From a virus: a DNA stretch of 64,000 nucleotides. The stretch spans positions 105,329-169,328 of the IMG/VR virus record IMGVR_UViG_3300031857_000018, one strand, 5' to 3'. Under the pieces are notes generated by a model that was given only the letters and a program-made list of their open reading frames with translations, was not told the origin of the DNA and ran no database searches. Below are positions 38,145-48,558 of the stretch, piece after piece. Position 1 is the stretch's first letter. Each line of letters opens with the position of its first letter. Both the position numbers and the translations under genes were made by a program.

Positions 38145-39750
38145 TTTTGCTTTCCTTTATTTTTATTTTCATTTTTGTGCCTGTTTCATTTTTTTCACAG
38201 GTAATATTAAATCCATGTTCTTCTAAAATAGCAACACAAATATTTAAACCCAAACCAGTTCCAGCTTCAGTTTGGCCTTCTTTCCGAGTATATGGTTTTG
38301 ATAAATGATCAAAATCTTTTTGTGTAATACCTCTACCATTATCTTGAACGTAAATGGTATCATCATCGGAATATATTTTAACAAACTTAGTGTCAGAATC
38401 ATTATACTTTAAACCGTTTCTAATCAAGTTATCCAATGCTGTACAGAACAATGCTTCGTTTACTTCGATGGTTGGTAACTGGTCGATAATAACTTGACTA
38501 CTGTATGCAGTTGATGACAAGTAATCGGATAATATCATTTTCAAATCACATTCAGCTTTATTTAGTACAACATCTTTTTTTACGAGATTGGTAAATTCAT
38601 ATACACCTTTATACACTTTTTGTGAATGTTTCAATCCTTCTTTAATCATGCGGATTGGGGCTTCAATTTTTAATGAACTAATATCATCAGAACTTAATCT
38701 TCTTTCTAACGAACTAAGTCCCCTAGGCATATACGTATTAATACCTGAATGCATATCGTGTCTTAATATCTTAGCTGCGTGTTCTAGATACGTATTTTTC
38801 TTTTCAATCTCTTTCTTTTGTTCATATGAATCGGTAATATTAGTAGCAATTTTCAATATGCGATATATCTTGCCGTCCATTCCGATAATTGGATTATAAG
38901 TTGATTGTAAATACACTAAAGAGCCATCTTTTTTAACTCTTGTAATTTCACCGGTAAATAATATACCGTCATTTAGTTTTTTCCAAAAAAGAGCATATTC
39001 TTCACTGTTAAAATGTGTGTCGTCTATAAATATTCTGTGGTGTTTTCCGACTAGTTCATCAGCTGAATCATATCCCATGGTTGTTAAAAACAAGTCATTA
39101 GCAAAAATAATGTTACCTTCTAAATCAAATTCAATAACTGCGTTAGATTTATTTATGGCATTCATTCTATTACGAATTTCTACTTCTTTTTTCTTAAGCT
39201 CCGTAACGTCTTGTCGTATTGATGAAAACCCTTCTAAATTGCCATGTTTATCAAATCGGGCTCTAATGTATGTGTCGACATAATATAGGTCACCTGTTTT
39301 TGTTTTGTTGGTGACAATTGCATTCCATATCTCACCTTTCATCACTGTTTCATACATCTTACCCCAGTACCCATCGGGTTGTAGACCAGAGTTTACGATG
39401 ATATGATCTTTACCGATAACCTCATCTAAAGACCATCCTGATACTTCTTCAAATTTTTTATTAACGTATGTTATTTTACCAGTTTTATCAGCAATTGAAA
39501 TAATTGCAGCTGTGTCAATAAACTCATCAGTATCTTTTATTTTTTTTAATAAAGTACTTGTTATATCAGCTGCGTGTGATTTCATTAAAAAATAAAATAG
39601 TGGTAAGAACACTAAAAAACACACAATTTCAATTCCGCGTGTAATGTAACTAGAATCTAATACTGAAAAGAATACTAAACCTTTTGTTATAGCAAAAACT
39701 ACTAATGTTACTATGGTAATACCTTTAAGTATTTTATGTAAACTAATCAT
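38137..39750 (-). CDS. membrane PAS-PAS sensor histidine kinase
   Basis: Two TMs; two PAS/PAC domains; ILRHDM H-box; NLIRNGLKY; DNGRGI; GTGLGL. Confidence 0.93.
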   Translation of the reverse strand: MISLHKILKGITIVTLVVFAITKGLVFFSVLDSSYITRGIEIVCFLVFLPLFYFLMKSHAADITSTLLKKIKDTDEFIDTAAIISIADKTGKITYVNKKFEEVSGWSLDEVIGKDHIIVNSGLQPDGYWGKMYETVMKGEIWNAIVTNKTKTGDLYYVDTYIRARFDKHGNLEGFSSIRQDVTELKKKEVEIRNRMNAINKSNAVIEFDLEGNIIFANDLFLTTMGYDSADELVGKHHRIFIDDTHFNSEEYALFWKKLNDGILFTGEITRVKKDGSLVYLQSTYNPIIGMDGKIYRILKIATNITDSYEQKKEIEKKNTYLEHAAKILRHDMHSGINTYMPRGLSSLERRLSSDDISSLKIEAPIRMIKEGLKHSQKVYKGVYEFTNLVKKDVVLNKAECDLKMILSDYLSSTAYSSQVIIDQLPTIEVNEALFCTALDNLIRNGLKYNDSDTKFVKIYSDDDTIYVQDNGRGITQKDFDHLSKPYTRKEGQTEAGTGLGLNICVAILEEHGFNITCEKNETGTKMKIKIKESKND

Positions 39751-40167
39751 TTATCGTATACCTTTATGCTTATCTAATGCATCTAGAATTTGATTAAGAA
39801 CTGGTGCTTTTATAAACCCTGCCATCGATGCATTTTTAAGTGTACTGATAATTTGTAATATAATGAATGGAATTAAAATTGTTTCACTTAACCAAGAAGT
39901 TCCTGGATATCCTTTTTCTACAGACAGCAACACCGTTAAAATTATAATCCATGTTGCGGCTGTTCGAAGTACTTTGATTGCTTTACATGTTTGAAAACCT
40001 TCTCGCTTTATTCCAGCAATTACACCAAAAAACCCATCGACAAACACTACTGCAATTAATGCTAGATATTGCTCGTAATAGTCGATAGATAGATTAAAAA
40101 AATACGAACATATAAATGATATCATGGTCGTTGTGGATAATATTATTGCTAGAGCGGTTGTTTTCAT
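39751..40167 (-). CDS. holin-like multi-TM protein
   Basis: Several TMs; DGFFGVIAG and STLKNA motifs; adjacent to the endolysin genes. Confidence 0.7.
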   Translation of the reverse strand: MKTTALAIILSTTTMISFICSYFFNLSIDYYEQYLALIAVVFVDGFFGVIAGIKREGFQTCKAIKVLRTAATWIIILTVLLSVEKGYPGTSWLSETILIPFIILQIISTLKNASMAGFIKAPVLNQILDALDKHKGIR

Positions 40168-40958
40168 TTTATATCTGAAGATTCAATTAAAGTATATGAA
40201 AATTTATTACCATTTGCTGTTTTAGCTTTGCGACAAATTGACATAAACTCTTCAAAATCAGCAGAACGTTTAAATACCTGGCAGCCTTCCGACCAATTTT
40301 CTACATATGTTGAATCAGCGCCGGCTTTATGAATGTTGATTCCAAATACACCTTCTTGAATTGATTTTTCATCATATACCATATCTTTGTTTGGATCGCG
40401 GAACACTTTAACTGGTTTGTTTTGTCCTAATGCTTCATACTTCCCGGCATGCAAACGCATTATGTGTGAATCGATATATTGTCCTTCTACTAAACGAGCA
40501 ACACCAGCTTTGTTTCCATACTGCATTACGCCTTTTGTTCCTGGATCGGTTGTTGCTGACCAACAATGGAATTTTTCTTCTCCGTTTACGGTGTAAGATA
40601 CTGTAATGTGATCATCGAATAGATTGGTTACTTTCTGTCCAGTTGCTGAATTACGAACTCCGATTATATTTAAAACATAATCGTTGCCATCAAACCATTT
40701 ATATCCTTTTGCTTTTACTGCTGACTCAATTTGGTCTTTTGTGTATTTTGAAACCGATGCTGGTTTTGCTTCTACAACGATTCCCATCTTAGCTAATGTT
40801 GCTGGGCCGACTACTCCATCTGCAGTTAATCCATTTTTAGTTTGCCACGCTTTAACTGCTTCTTCTGTTTTAGGTCCAAAATTTCCTACTGGATCTACAC
40901 CTAATACTACTTGAATTTTTTTAACCGTCTCGTTGTTATCACCTTTTTTTAGTATCAT
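40164..40958 (-). CDS. peptidoglycan-binding-domain cell-wall enzyme
   Basis: PGBD (G.FGPKTEEAVKAWQ..NGL.ADGVVGPAT); GINIH...WSEGCQV (L,D-transpeptidase-like H/C). Confidence 0.82.
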   Translation of the reverse strand: MILKKGDNNETVKKIQVVLGVDPVGNFGPKTEEAVKAWQTKNGLTADGVVGPATLAKMGIVVEAKPASVSKYTKDQIESAVKAKGYKWFDGNDYVLNIIGVRNSATGQKVTNLFDDHITVSYTVNGEEKFHCWSATTDPGTKGVMQYGNKAGVARLVEGQYIDSHIMRLHAGKYEALGQNKPVKVFRDPNKDMVYDEKSIQEGVFGINIHKAGADSTYVENWSEGCQVFKRSADFEEFMSICRKAKTANGNKFSYTLIESSDIK

Positions 40959-40985
40959 AAAACTATCCTTATTCGTAATTGTTGT

Positions 40986-41447
40986 TTAATCTTTCTTAAA
41001 ATATAAATTTGCTTCTGCTTCGCGGCGACGAACTAGACCCCTTAACACGCGGCCTCCTGCCTTTGTCCATTTCATGAACTCAGCTCGGATAGTTTCGTCT
41101 GACGGATCAGCATTAACTTTTTTTAATAATGTTGATGATTTTAGGTTTGCTGGACCTAGATTGTAGGCAAATGATACTAATGCATCGAATTGATTCTGAT
41201 TGATGTCATCTCGACAATATGAATCTACATACTGCTCAAAACTTGCTAACATGCTTTTCAATAAGTCTGTGCCATGGACTTCCGTGATTGGAGTATCGGA
41301 CATTGTTACTTTTTTACCACCTGGATAAAAAGTTGCGCCGTAACCAATAGTAGGAATTCCTGCAGGGCACTTATAAGGTGCTGCGCGGAACCCTTCCATT
41401 GTTTTGATTATTTCAATTCCGGCCGTTCCTGTTTTTGTAATTTTCAT
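40986..41447 (-). CDS. phage lysozyme (GH24 endolysin)
   Basis: EGFR..PY.CPAGIPTIGYG, QFDALVSFAYNLG, GLVRRREAE. Confidence 0.95.
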   Translation of the reverse strand: MKITKTGTAGIEIIKTMEGFRAAPYKCPAGIPTIGYGATFYPGGKKVTMSDTPITEVHGTDLLKSMLASFEQYVDSYCRDDINQNQFDALVSFAYNLGPANLKSSTLLKKVNADPSDETIRAEFMKWTKAGGRVLRGLVRRREAEANLYFKKD

Positions 41448-41465
41448 GACTGTTTAAACCTTTAT

Positions 41466-41684
41466 TTATTTTTTCATTAAAAACTTTTCAGCTACATTAC
41501 CAGCAATACAGATAATTACAATAGTTTTAACTGCGTCTACTAGGTCTGTAGATGGTTTAATTGATTCATGTGAATATGAATTTAACACCATGGTAACAGA
41601 AATAAATAGGAATCCTAAAAATGCAATAACTCGTTTCATTGAGGTGTCTCCACCGGTAAACATTTCTTTGATAAAATTTTTCAT
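41466..41684 (-). CDS. small two-TM holin-like protein
   Basis: SMKRVIAFLGF; two TMs; first gene of the lysis unit. Confidence 0.65.
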   Translation of the reverse strand: MKNFIKEMFTGGDTSMKRVIAFLGFLFISVTMVLNSYSHESIKPSTDLVDAVKTIVIICIAGNVAEKFLMKK

Positions 41685-41709
41685 GTAGCTACTTTCTTAT
41701 ACTTCAAGT

Positions 41710-41718
41710 ATAAATATC
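41710..41718 (-). promoter_or_regulatory. class-II (late-type) promoter motif GATATTTAT
   Basis: Same motif at 18147, 28806, 32070, 36742, 57603; variants at 13507, 22722, 30752. Confidence 0.6.
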
Positions 41719-41742
41719 AGTAACTAGAATTTAATTGCAGTA

Positions 41743-42597
41743 TTATTCTTCAGAAACTGCTCGACCTATTTGTCTAGTCCAATCTAGGTCTGTGCGCACT
41801 ATAACATTTTTAGTCATTGCGGCTACTAACATTGTTCTGTCGACACCTAGTTGGTTTGCAAGATATGCTAACGCAGCTATGTCTTTAGGAAAACAATGCC
41901 CCCCAAAACCAAAATCGCCATCATGGCCAGGAACTGACCAATGTGAATTGCCCAATCGATCATCATAACGGGCATATTCGATTACTTTATCATAATCAAT
42001 GTTTAAACCTTGGCAGATCTGATACATTTCGTTTGCAAATGAAATTTTTGTGGCTAAGAATGTATTAGTTACATACTTGATCATTTCAGCAATGGTACTG
42101 CTTGTTTTAATGATTGGCACTTTAGGAAATGCCTTTTCAAAATATCGTTTAACAATTGTAGTAGCAGAGTTAGGTCCTCCGAGTATGATTCGATTTTGAT
42201 TTTTATAATCATCAACTGCGTTAGACTCTGTTAAGAACTCTGGATTAAACACAATATCCAATTCAGTGTATAATTTATTTAATCGATCTGTTGTTCCTGG
42301 TGGAATAGTAGACTTAACAACTACAATATAATTTTTCTTATTGTATGCAATTACGTTGTTTTGAATTTCTGTTAGTGCAACATTTAAAATTTTTAAATCA
42401 CATTCACCAGATTTCATCATCGGAGTAGGAACACATACAAATGCAATATCAGTGTTTAAAACTACATCTTCGATGCCGTTAACATTGCGAAATTTGTTTC
42501 CATCTTTATCATATGCTTTAATATCAAATACATGTTGCATTCCTAATCGCACAGCATTTCCTACAAACCCCTGGCCAATAATTCCTAATGTATTCAT
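41743..42597 (-). CDS. UDP-glucose/GDP-mannose dehydrogenase family protein (short form)
   Basis: GQGFVG, CVPTP, KSTIPPGT, NPEFL, GFGGHCFPKD. Confidence 0.92.
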   Translation of the reverse strand: MNTLGIIGQGFVGNAVRLGMQHVFDIKAYDKDGNKFRNVNGIEDVVLNTDIAFVCVPTPMMKSGECDLKILNVALTEIQNNVIAYNKKNYIVVVKSTIPPGTTDRLNKLYTELDIVFNPEFLTESNAVDDYKNQNRIILGGPNSATTIVKRYFEKAFPKVPIIKTSSTIAEMIKYVTNTFLATKISFANEMYQICQGLNIDYDKVIEYARYDDRLGNSHWSVPGHDGDFGFGGHCFPKDIAALAYLANQLGVDRTMLVAAMTKNVIVRTDLDWTRQIGRAVSEE

Positions 42598-42598
42598 A

Positions 42599-43456
42599 TT
42601 ACAATCCGTTAATATATTGCTTTAATTTATCTGTCGGTGTCCAATTTAATAATTCTAACGCTACATCTCGTTCACGTAATGTTATACGATAGTTTCCTTT
42701 TTGATCTGGTAAATATGTTGTTGTGCAATTGAACTTCTCTATAAACATGGCTGCTACTTCATTCATTGAATAATTTACTCCAGTACCCAATTCCCACGCA
42801 TCCTCGATATAATGTTCAGTTTCCATGATTCGAATCAATCCATCAACAATGTGGTCTACATGTGTGAAATCTCTGCGCTGTTCGCCATCACCAATAATAG
42901 TAATTGGTTGTCCGTCTCGTACTTGTTTTCTCCAAATTCCAATCACAGCTGCATAGTCGCCATCCACAATTTCATTTGGTCCATACACATTGTAAAATCT
43001 TGCAATCTGCACTTTAAGTCCATAACACTCTTCATACATCTTACAAATTTCTTCTCCTAAGAACTTGCTTAAAGCATATGGTGAAATCCTAGGATTATGC
43101 CAACGGGATGATGATCCTGCATACACAACCTTTGCATCCGTATGTCTAGCATATTCTAAAACTTTGAAAGTTCCTGTTGTGTTTGCGTCATATGTTTCTA
43201 ATGGTAGTTTAAATGATATTTGAATACGTGCAACTGCAGCAATATGGAATATAACATCAAATTTATCAACTGCTGGATTAAATATATTATCAATGTTATT
43301 AACATCATCTATAATGTATTTAACATTCTCTATTTTATTGTCCAATGTGCCGCAAGATAAATTGTCAATACATGTTACGCCATGTCCTAATGCAACCAAT
43401 TGTTTACATAAGTTTGAGCCAATAAAGCCTAGCCCACCTGTTACTAAAATTTTCAT
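42599..43456 (-). CDS. NAD-dependent epimerase/dehydratase
   Basis: TGGLGFIGS, YALSK, RFYNVYGP, RDFTHV. Confidence 0.93.
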   Translation of the reverse strand: MKILVTGGLGFIGSNLCKQLVALGHGVTCIDNLSCGTLDNKIENVKYIIDDVNNIDNIFNPAVDKFDVIFHIAAVARIQISFKLPLETYDANTTGTFKVLEYARHTDAKVVYAGSSSRWHNPRISPYALSKFLGEEICKMYEECYGLKVQIARFYNVYGPNEIVDGDYAAVIGIWRKQVRDGQPITIIGDGEQRRDFTHVDHIVDGLIRIMETEHYIEDAWELGTGVNYSMNEVAAMFIEKFNCTTTYLPDQKGNYRITLRERDVALELLNWTPTDKLKQYINGL

Positions 43457-43466
43457 ATTCTAATTT

Positions 43467-44231
43467 CTATTTGTTTGTTATAAATTTTTTGTTTGTTAAT
43501 GGATCGTGTCCTATGTATCCACCCCATTTGTATCGGGCATATTCATGGCCGGCTTGTTCTGCCAAGTTACGTTTCTCTCCATTTGCAGAAACTGCCGCAA
43601 AGTGATAAAAATGACAGTTCCATGTTCTTAGCATACGTAGTCCTGATAGTTGACATTTTAAAAAAAAGTCCCAATCGGCTACCATACCCATTTCATAATT
43701 TTCATCCCATCCGCCAACTCGAAGATAATCAAGCTTTGACATAAAGATAGGAAGTGTGGATCCACATTCCTCAGTTTTATCCCCAGATGCATAATGATAA
43801 TCAAACAACCAAAATGCTTCAAGATCGAATGATGCAATGTCAGTTCCTAAATTTTCTATAATAAACTGAGGAAACATACTAGGAAACGGTTCTACTTGAT
43901 TAGGTGTTATTACAGCACCTTCTTGCCATTCTTCTTCCAATGTAGAATCCCAAAATCTTGGAAACACGTTATCGTCATTAACAATAAGTATTTTATCATA
44001 TCGCGAATTGTATACACCTAGATTAGTTCCCCGACATTGACCTGCATTTTGTTCTAAGTTCAATATATCAATTGAATCTTTCCAACGGTCTAAGACCTCT
44101 TTATTCAAGTCATAGTACCCGTCTACAACAACGATAATCTGATTTTTATTGCATTGTCCTTCAATTGCAGAACGCAAACAAAGATCCAATGCGTCTGGAC
44201 TTTTATATGTAGGAATTATTACTGATATCAT
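43467..44231 (-). CDS. glycosyltransferase family 2
   Basis: ISVIIPTY, VNDD, GGWDE, DWD. Confidence 0.88.
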   Translation of the reverse strand: MISVIIPTYKSPDALDLCLRSAIEGQCNKNQIIVVVDGYYDLNKEVLDRWKDSIDILNLEQNAGQCRGTNLGVYNSRYDKILIVNDDNVFPRFWDSTLEEEWQEGAVITPNQVEPFPSMFPQFIIENLGTDIASFDLEAFWLFDYHYASGDKTEECGSTLPIFMSKLDYLRVGGWDENYEMGMVADWDFFLKCQLSGLRMLRTWNCHFYHFAAVSANGEKRNLAEQAGHEYARYKWGGYIGHDPLTNKKFITNK

Positions 44232-44923
44232 AGTGTTGACCAATCTGTTAATGGTGATAACCAAGCTGTTTCACCATGGGTAGCATAACCAGGAATCGGT
44301 GTTATTAACAATTGGTTTTGTTTTCTCAATTCTAAAAACATATGAAAATCATTAGGATGTGTACCGGCTGTGTGTGTTCTCAGAATTGTTTCTGTAAATT
44401 TCAATGTTGATACTTTGCTAGCAAATGTCATCGTAGTTGAATTAGTAATTTTCCAATGGCATGAATCCGTTAAGTAAATACGGGTATCTTCAGCACCGCC
44501 TTCACAGTATGGATTTCCGCCGCGGCTTGGATCTAAGTACTTGTCTGGATGATCGTATAGTGCAACGAATGATGCACCTAAGTCAAATCCTTGTTTCAAT
44601 ACATCTGGAGAACCTTGCTTATGTAAATAATCATTTTCTACAAAATACACAATTTCATCATCTGCATAGGTTAATGCTTTATCTAACGCTAAATTGAATG
44701 TGCCGGCACCATTACCAACCGATACCTGAATGATATTTGCTGGGTCAATGTATCGTTTAATCATTGCTAACGTAGCATCACTACAATTGTCCGCAATAAT
44801 TAGAATGTCATAAATATGATTAAAAAATACATTGCAGAAATTTTTTAAACATGATTCATTGTTGATGTAGTCTGGCTTTACTTTATTGTAACCAGCATCT
44901 GATATTCTATATATTATTTTCAT
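44228..44923 (-). CDS. GT-A fold glycosyltransferase
   Basis: IADNC, YFVENDYLH. Confidence 0.75.
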   Translation of the reverse strand: MKIIYRISDAGYNKVKPDYINNESCLKNFCNVFFNHIYDILIIADNCSDATLAMIKRYIDPANIIQVSVGNGAGTFNLALDKALTYADDEIVYFVENDYLHKQGSPDVLKQGFDLGASFVALYDHPDKYLDPSRGGNPYCEGGAEDTRIYLTDSCHWKITNSTTMTFASKVSTLKFTETILRTHTAGTHPNDFHMFLELRKQNQLLITPIPGYATHGETAWLSPLTDWSTL

Positions 44924-45876
44924 TTTAAAAATACGTTGTTAAACTGTTTCATTACCAACTCTGGTGAATACATTGAATATGCATTCCAATTTTCATGTTT
45001 ATTTATAATATCCGGAAAATTTGTTAAAATTCCAATTAATTCGTCATAGTTGTTATAGATTATTGATTTATCTCCTAGCATTTCAATATGTGCTAAATCA
45101 TTGAATCCGGAATCACACCACGATGTTGTTATAATTGGTTTATTTTTTACAGAAAATTCAGCTACAGTTAAACCAAATGATTCTCCTCCATTTCTTGCGT
45201 GTATACACGCATCACATGTATTAATAAATCCAATCTTTGTAGTCATATCAGATGTGCCACTTATAAAAAATACATTTGACTCATCGCAAAATTGATTAGA
45301 ATTCATAAACAAAAAATACATATTTTTGTTAGCTCGTGCAACATTTATAACAGCTTCGCGAGCAAATGGAATATTAAATGAATCCGGGCCGCCATAATAT
45401 CCAAATACTAGTGCATCTGTTGGTATATTAAAAAATTGACGATAGTTTTCCATATGGTCGTATTTTAAAATATCAACAATATGCGGGACAAATGGCAATG
45501 TACCGCCTGACATTTGTGTTGATAACCATTTAGATACATATGCATATACATCTCCGTGTGGATCATGTAACTGAAAAACGGAATGTACTAAATTTTTAGC
45601 ATTCGGTACTAGTTTGCCATCATTCATACCAGCTTTTATATAATAAACGGCATCAATTTGATTTTGATCGATATAAGATATAACATCATCAAATTTGTCA
45701 TATAAAAATACATTAAACTGTTTTTGAAATTTATCCAATGCAGCTAAATCTGAGTTTCGATTTGATATAATTACTGAATCATTGTTTAATAATTCTTGAT
45801 TATAATATGCATAATCAAATAAGGCAATTTCAGTTCCTCGAAGGCCTAGTTGTTCACTATGAAATGCAATTTTCAT
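44920..45876 (-). CDS. GT-B fold (GT4-like) glycosyltransferase
   Basis: RGTE; GESFGLTVAEF (ExFGL...E). Confidence 0.82.
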   Translation of the reverse strand: MKIAFHSEQLGLRGTEIALFDYAYYNQELLNNDSVIISNRNSDLAALDKFQKQFNVFLYDKFDDVISYIDQNQIDAVYYIKAGMNDGKLVPNAKNLVHSVFQLHDPHGDVYAYVSKWLSTQMSGGTLPFVPHIVDILKYDHMENYRQFFNIPTDALVFGYYGGPDSFNIPFAREAVINVARANKNMYFLFMNSNQFCDESNVFFISGTSDMTTKIGFINTCDACIHARNGGESFGLTVAEFSVKNKPIITTSWCDSGFNDLAHIEMLGDKSIIYNNYDELIGILTNFPDIINKHENWNAYSMYSPELVMKQFNNVFLK

Positions 45877-46562
45877 ATATTTAAAAAGTTGTTTAATTTG
45901 TTAATGTTCATTGTAATATCACCAGGTACCCGATCAGGCTTATACGATGGTTTAACTCGATCATTGGTTTTTATTGCTAAGTCGTATATAGTTTTAGAAT
46001 CTGTACCAACATTGTAGACTCCAGTTGCTTGTTGATGAATCAGTTTAACAATTAAATTGCTAATAACATCTACAGAATCACAATTTGTATGTATATCTAC
46101 CCAAGCAGTATCATACGGAAATGGATTAGGTTTATGTGATAATCGACAAATTAAATAGTTGTTACTTCGTAATTGAACTAATGCATCGCCAACTAATTTT
46201 GTGTAACCATACCAAGTTGGTATGTGAACTGGGACATCGGTTTCTGATGCTACTGGTACAGAGCCGGCATAGATATAATCGGTAGAAATATGAATTAATT
46301 TTTTGTTAGTCGAATTGCATACATCAATTAAATCGTTGAGAGCTTGAAGATTAACGTCCCACGCTGTTTGCATATCTACGCCGTATGTATCAGTATATGC
46401 AATACAGTTAACTACAGTATCGTATGAATCATTTAGTAAATGTGACCATTCTGATAACTGAGTAATATCAATATTGTTATGTGTTCTGGAAATATAGTCC
46501 CAATTGGTTTGCCGAATTAATTCTTGTCCCAATAAGCCTTGTCCGAGTACAACTACGTTCAA
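45873..46562 (-). CDS. RmlD-like sugar-nucleotide reductase
   Basis: GQGLLG, NCIAYT, HISTDYIY, YGYTK. Confidence 0.85.
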   Translation of the reverse strand: MNVVVLGQGLLGQELIRQTNWDYISRTHNNIDITQLSEWSHLLNDSYDTVVNCIAYTDTYGVDMQTAWDVNLQALNDLIDVCNSTNKKLIHISTDYIYAGSVPVASETDVPVHIPTWYGYTKLVGDALVQLRSNNYLICRLSHKPNPFPYDTAWVDIHTNCDSVDVISNLIVKLIHQQATGVYNVGTDSKTIYDLAIKTNDRVKPSYKPDRVPGDITMNINKLNNFLNI

Positions 46563-47848
46563 AATTTAAAATCCTTTATAACTTGTTCTATATACATAAA
46601 TACCTCATCCGTATAATGTGGTGCTGCTCCAATAAAGAACACTGAATCTAAAACTTTGTTAGCTTCTGGATATTTAGATGAATCATCTAAAAAACTATAA
46701 CCTGGATGTAGTAATATGTTCCCGGCAAAATAGTTTCTTGTTTGTATTTTATTCTTTTCTAGATGTTCTACTAGTTTATGTTTCAGCCCCGGTGTTTCGC
46801 ATATGAATGGAGTTCCAAACCAACATGGTTCTGCTGATTCTAAGGTTACCGGAGTTCGTAAATTTGGTATATGCTTTAAAAATATATCACTAATTACAGT
46901 TTTTGATCTTTTTCGTTTTGATTCAATATCATCTAGTTTTTTCAACTGTTCGATGCCGATGGCTCCTTGTAAATCTAATGGCTTAAGATTATACCCCATT
47001 TCTGAAAATACATACTTATGATCAATTACGCCATCGTAATTATCTAACCACTTATCAAAACGATTACCGCATGTGCCACACGCTAATAGATTTGCTGATC
47101 CTATACAATAGCAGTCGCGACCCCACCAACTAATTGACACAAATAACTTTTTTAATTCATCATCATTTGTACAAATCATTCCGCCTTCTCCGGTGGATAT
47201 ATGATGTGCTGGGTAGAATGAATTTGAAAATGCAACGTAATATTCATTTAAATATTTGCCATTCCATTTAGATCCTAAACTATCACAATTATCCCCAACA
47301 AGTTTCAAATTGTATTTTTCACATAGTTCTAGTAATCTATCAATGTTCGGTGGATTACCTAGTACTGGAGAAACAAAGATTGCTTTTGTTTTTGGAGTAA
47401 TTTTTTGTTCAAGTAAATCCAAATCAAAATTCAAGGTGTCCCATTCAATATCAACAAAAATTGGTTTTAATCGATGTTGATAAATTACTGATATTGTAGT
47501 TGCAAACCCAACAGGCGACACTATAATTTCATCATCATCAGCCCAATTAAATCTACGCTTCAATGCAGCAATCAAAACCAAATTGGCTGAACTACCTGAG
47601 TTTACCATGTGTGAATGTTTAACATTGAACTTTTTACTAAACTCGAGTTCAAACTTATAAACTCGTTCTCCGGTAGTAATCCATTTACCATTCAAAAATG
47701 AATGAATTGCAGCTTCGGTTTCTTTTTCATCCCAATATGGTCCTGAGTAATATATTGGAGTAGTGCCCGGTATAAAATTTTTATTATTGTAAATATATGG
47801 AGCTACGTGATTGCCAATTAATGTTTGTATGTCGCTTTTTTGTATCAT
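46559..47848 (-). CDS. DegT/DnrJ-family PLP enzyme, RfbH/DdhC-like 3-dehydratase
   Basis: VNSGSSANL; SFYPAHHISTGEGG (His in place of the Schiff-base Lys); WGRDCYC..CG cluster motif. Confidence 0.9.
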   Translation of the reverse strand: MIQKSDIQTLIGNHVAPYIYNNKNFIPGTTPIYYSGPYWDEKETEAAIHSFLNGKWITTGERVYKFELEFSKKFNVKHSHMVNSGSSANLVLIAALKRRFNWADDDEIIVSPVGFATTISVIYQHRLKPIFVDIEWDTLNFDLDLLEQKITPKTKAIFVSPVLGNPPNIDRLLELCEKYNLKLVGDNCDSLGSKWNGKYLNEYYVAFSNSFYPAHHISTGEGGMICTNDDELKKLFVSISWWGRDCYCIGSANLLACGTCGNRFDKWLDNYDGVIDHKYVFSEMGYNLKPLDLQGAIGIEQLKKLDDIESKRKRSKTVISDIFLKHIPNLRTPVTLESAEPCWFGTPFICETPGLKHKLVEHLEKNKIQTRNYFAGNILLHPGYSFLDDSSKYPEANKVLDSVFFIGAAPHYTDEVFMYIEQVIKDFKF

Positions 47849-48558
47849 TGTTGTGTATAATTTTTAAATTCAGTAACTGATGGAAATTCTGTTAACTTGC
47901 CAAAATGTTGTTCTAACAATGGATCAAATTCAAACGGCGGTGTGCCATTAAATGGTGTTGTATACTGATAGTTTCCCCATTTATGTTTAACGTATTCTGC
48001 ATTATGTTGACCAACCTTTAAGCTAGGAGAATTTGGATCAGTAGATGTGGAATTTCCGTTAAACATACTAGGAACATTTAGATTTATGTTTTGTACATTA
48101 TGCAATTTACAGCGATGGTCATAATCGTTATCTTCACACCCAGCCCATAGTATATTTTCATCAAATCTACCAACCGTATTAAATATGTCTCGATGCATGC
48201 AATATAGTGCATATCCAAATCCGTTATTGTATGTGGTAGCTAATGATGTGGCAGTTGAATTATCCCACAATGCATCCAGAATTTCCAAACTGAATCTGGA
48301 ATCTTCTTCACTAACAATAACTTTTTCTAGTCCCATATGGTTGAATGCGATATCACATATAAAATTCCATCCTCCTGCGCAGCCAATATTGGTTGTGGTT
48401 GTATAGACATCAAAATTATCAGTTATATACGAATTTAGTTGCTGTCGCCCGTTATCGATAAAGTAAAATTGATATTCATCAGAATAATTGGCTAAATTGA
48501 ACCATTCAGTAAAATAATCATTTGCATTATATCCTAATACAAAAACATGTTTTTTCAT
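47845..48558 (-). CDS. GT2-like glycosyltransferase
   Basis: IDNG, NIGCAGGWN, VGRFDE...EDND. Confidence 0.8.
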   Translation of the reverse strand: MKKHVFVLGYNANDYFTEWFNLANYSDEYQFYFIDNGRQQLNSYITDNFDVYTTTTNIGCAGGWNFICDIAFNHMGLEKVIVSEEDSRFSLEILDALWDNSTATSLATTYNNGFGYALYCMHRDIFNTVGRFDENILWAGCEDNDYDHRCKLHNVQNINLNVPSMFNGNSTSTDPNSPSLKVGQHNAEYVKHKWGNYQYTTPFNGTPPFEFDPLLEQHFGKLTEFPSVTEFKNYTQQ

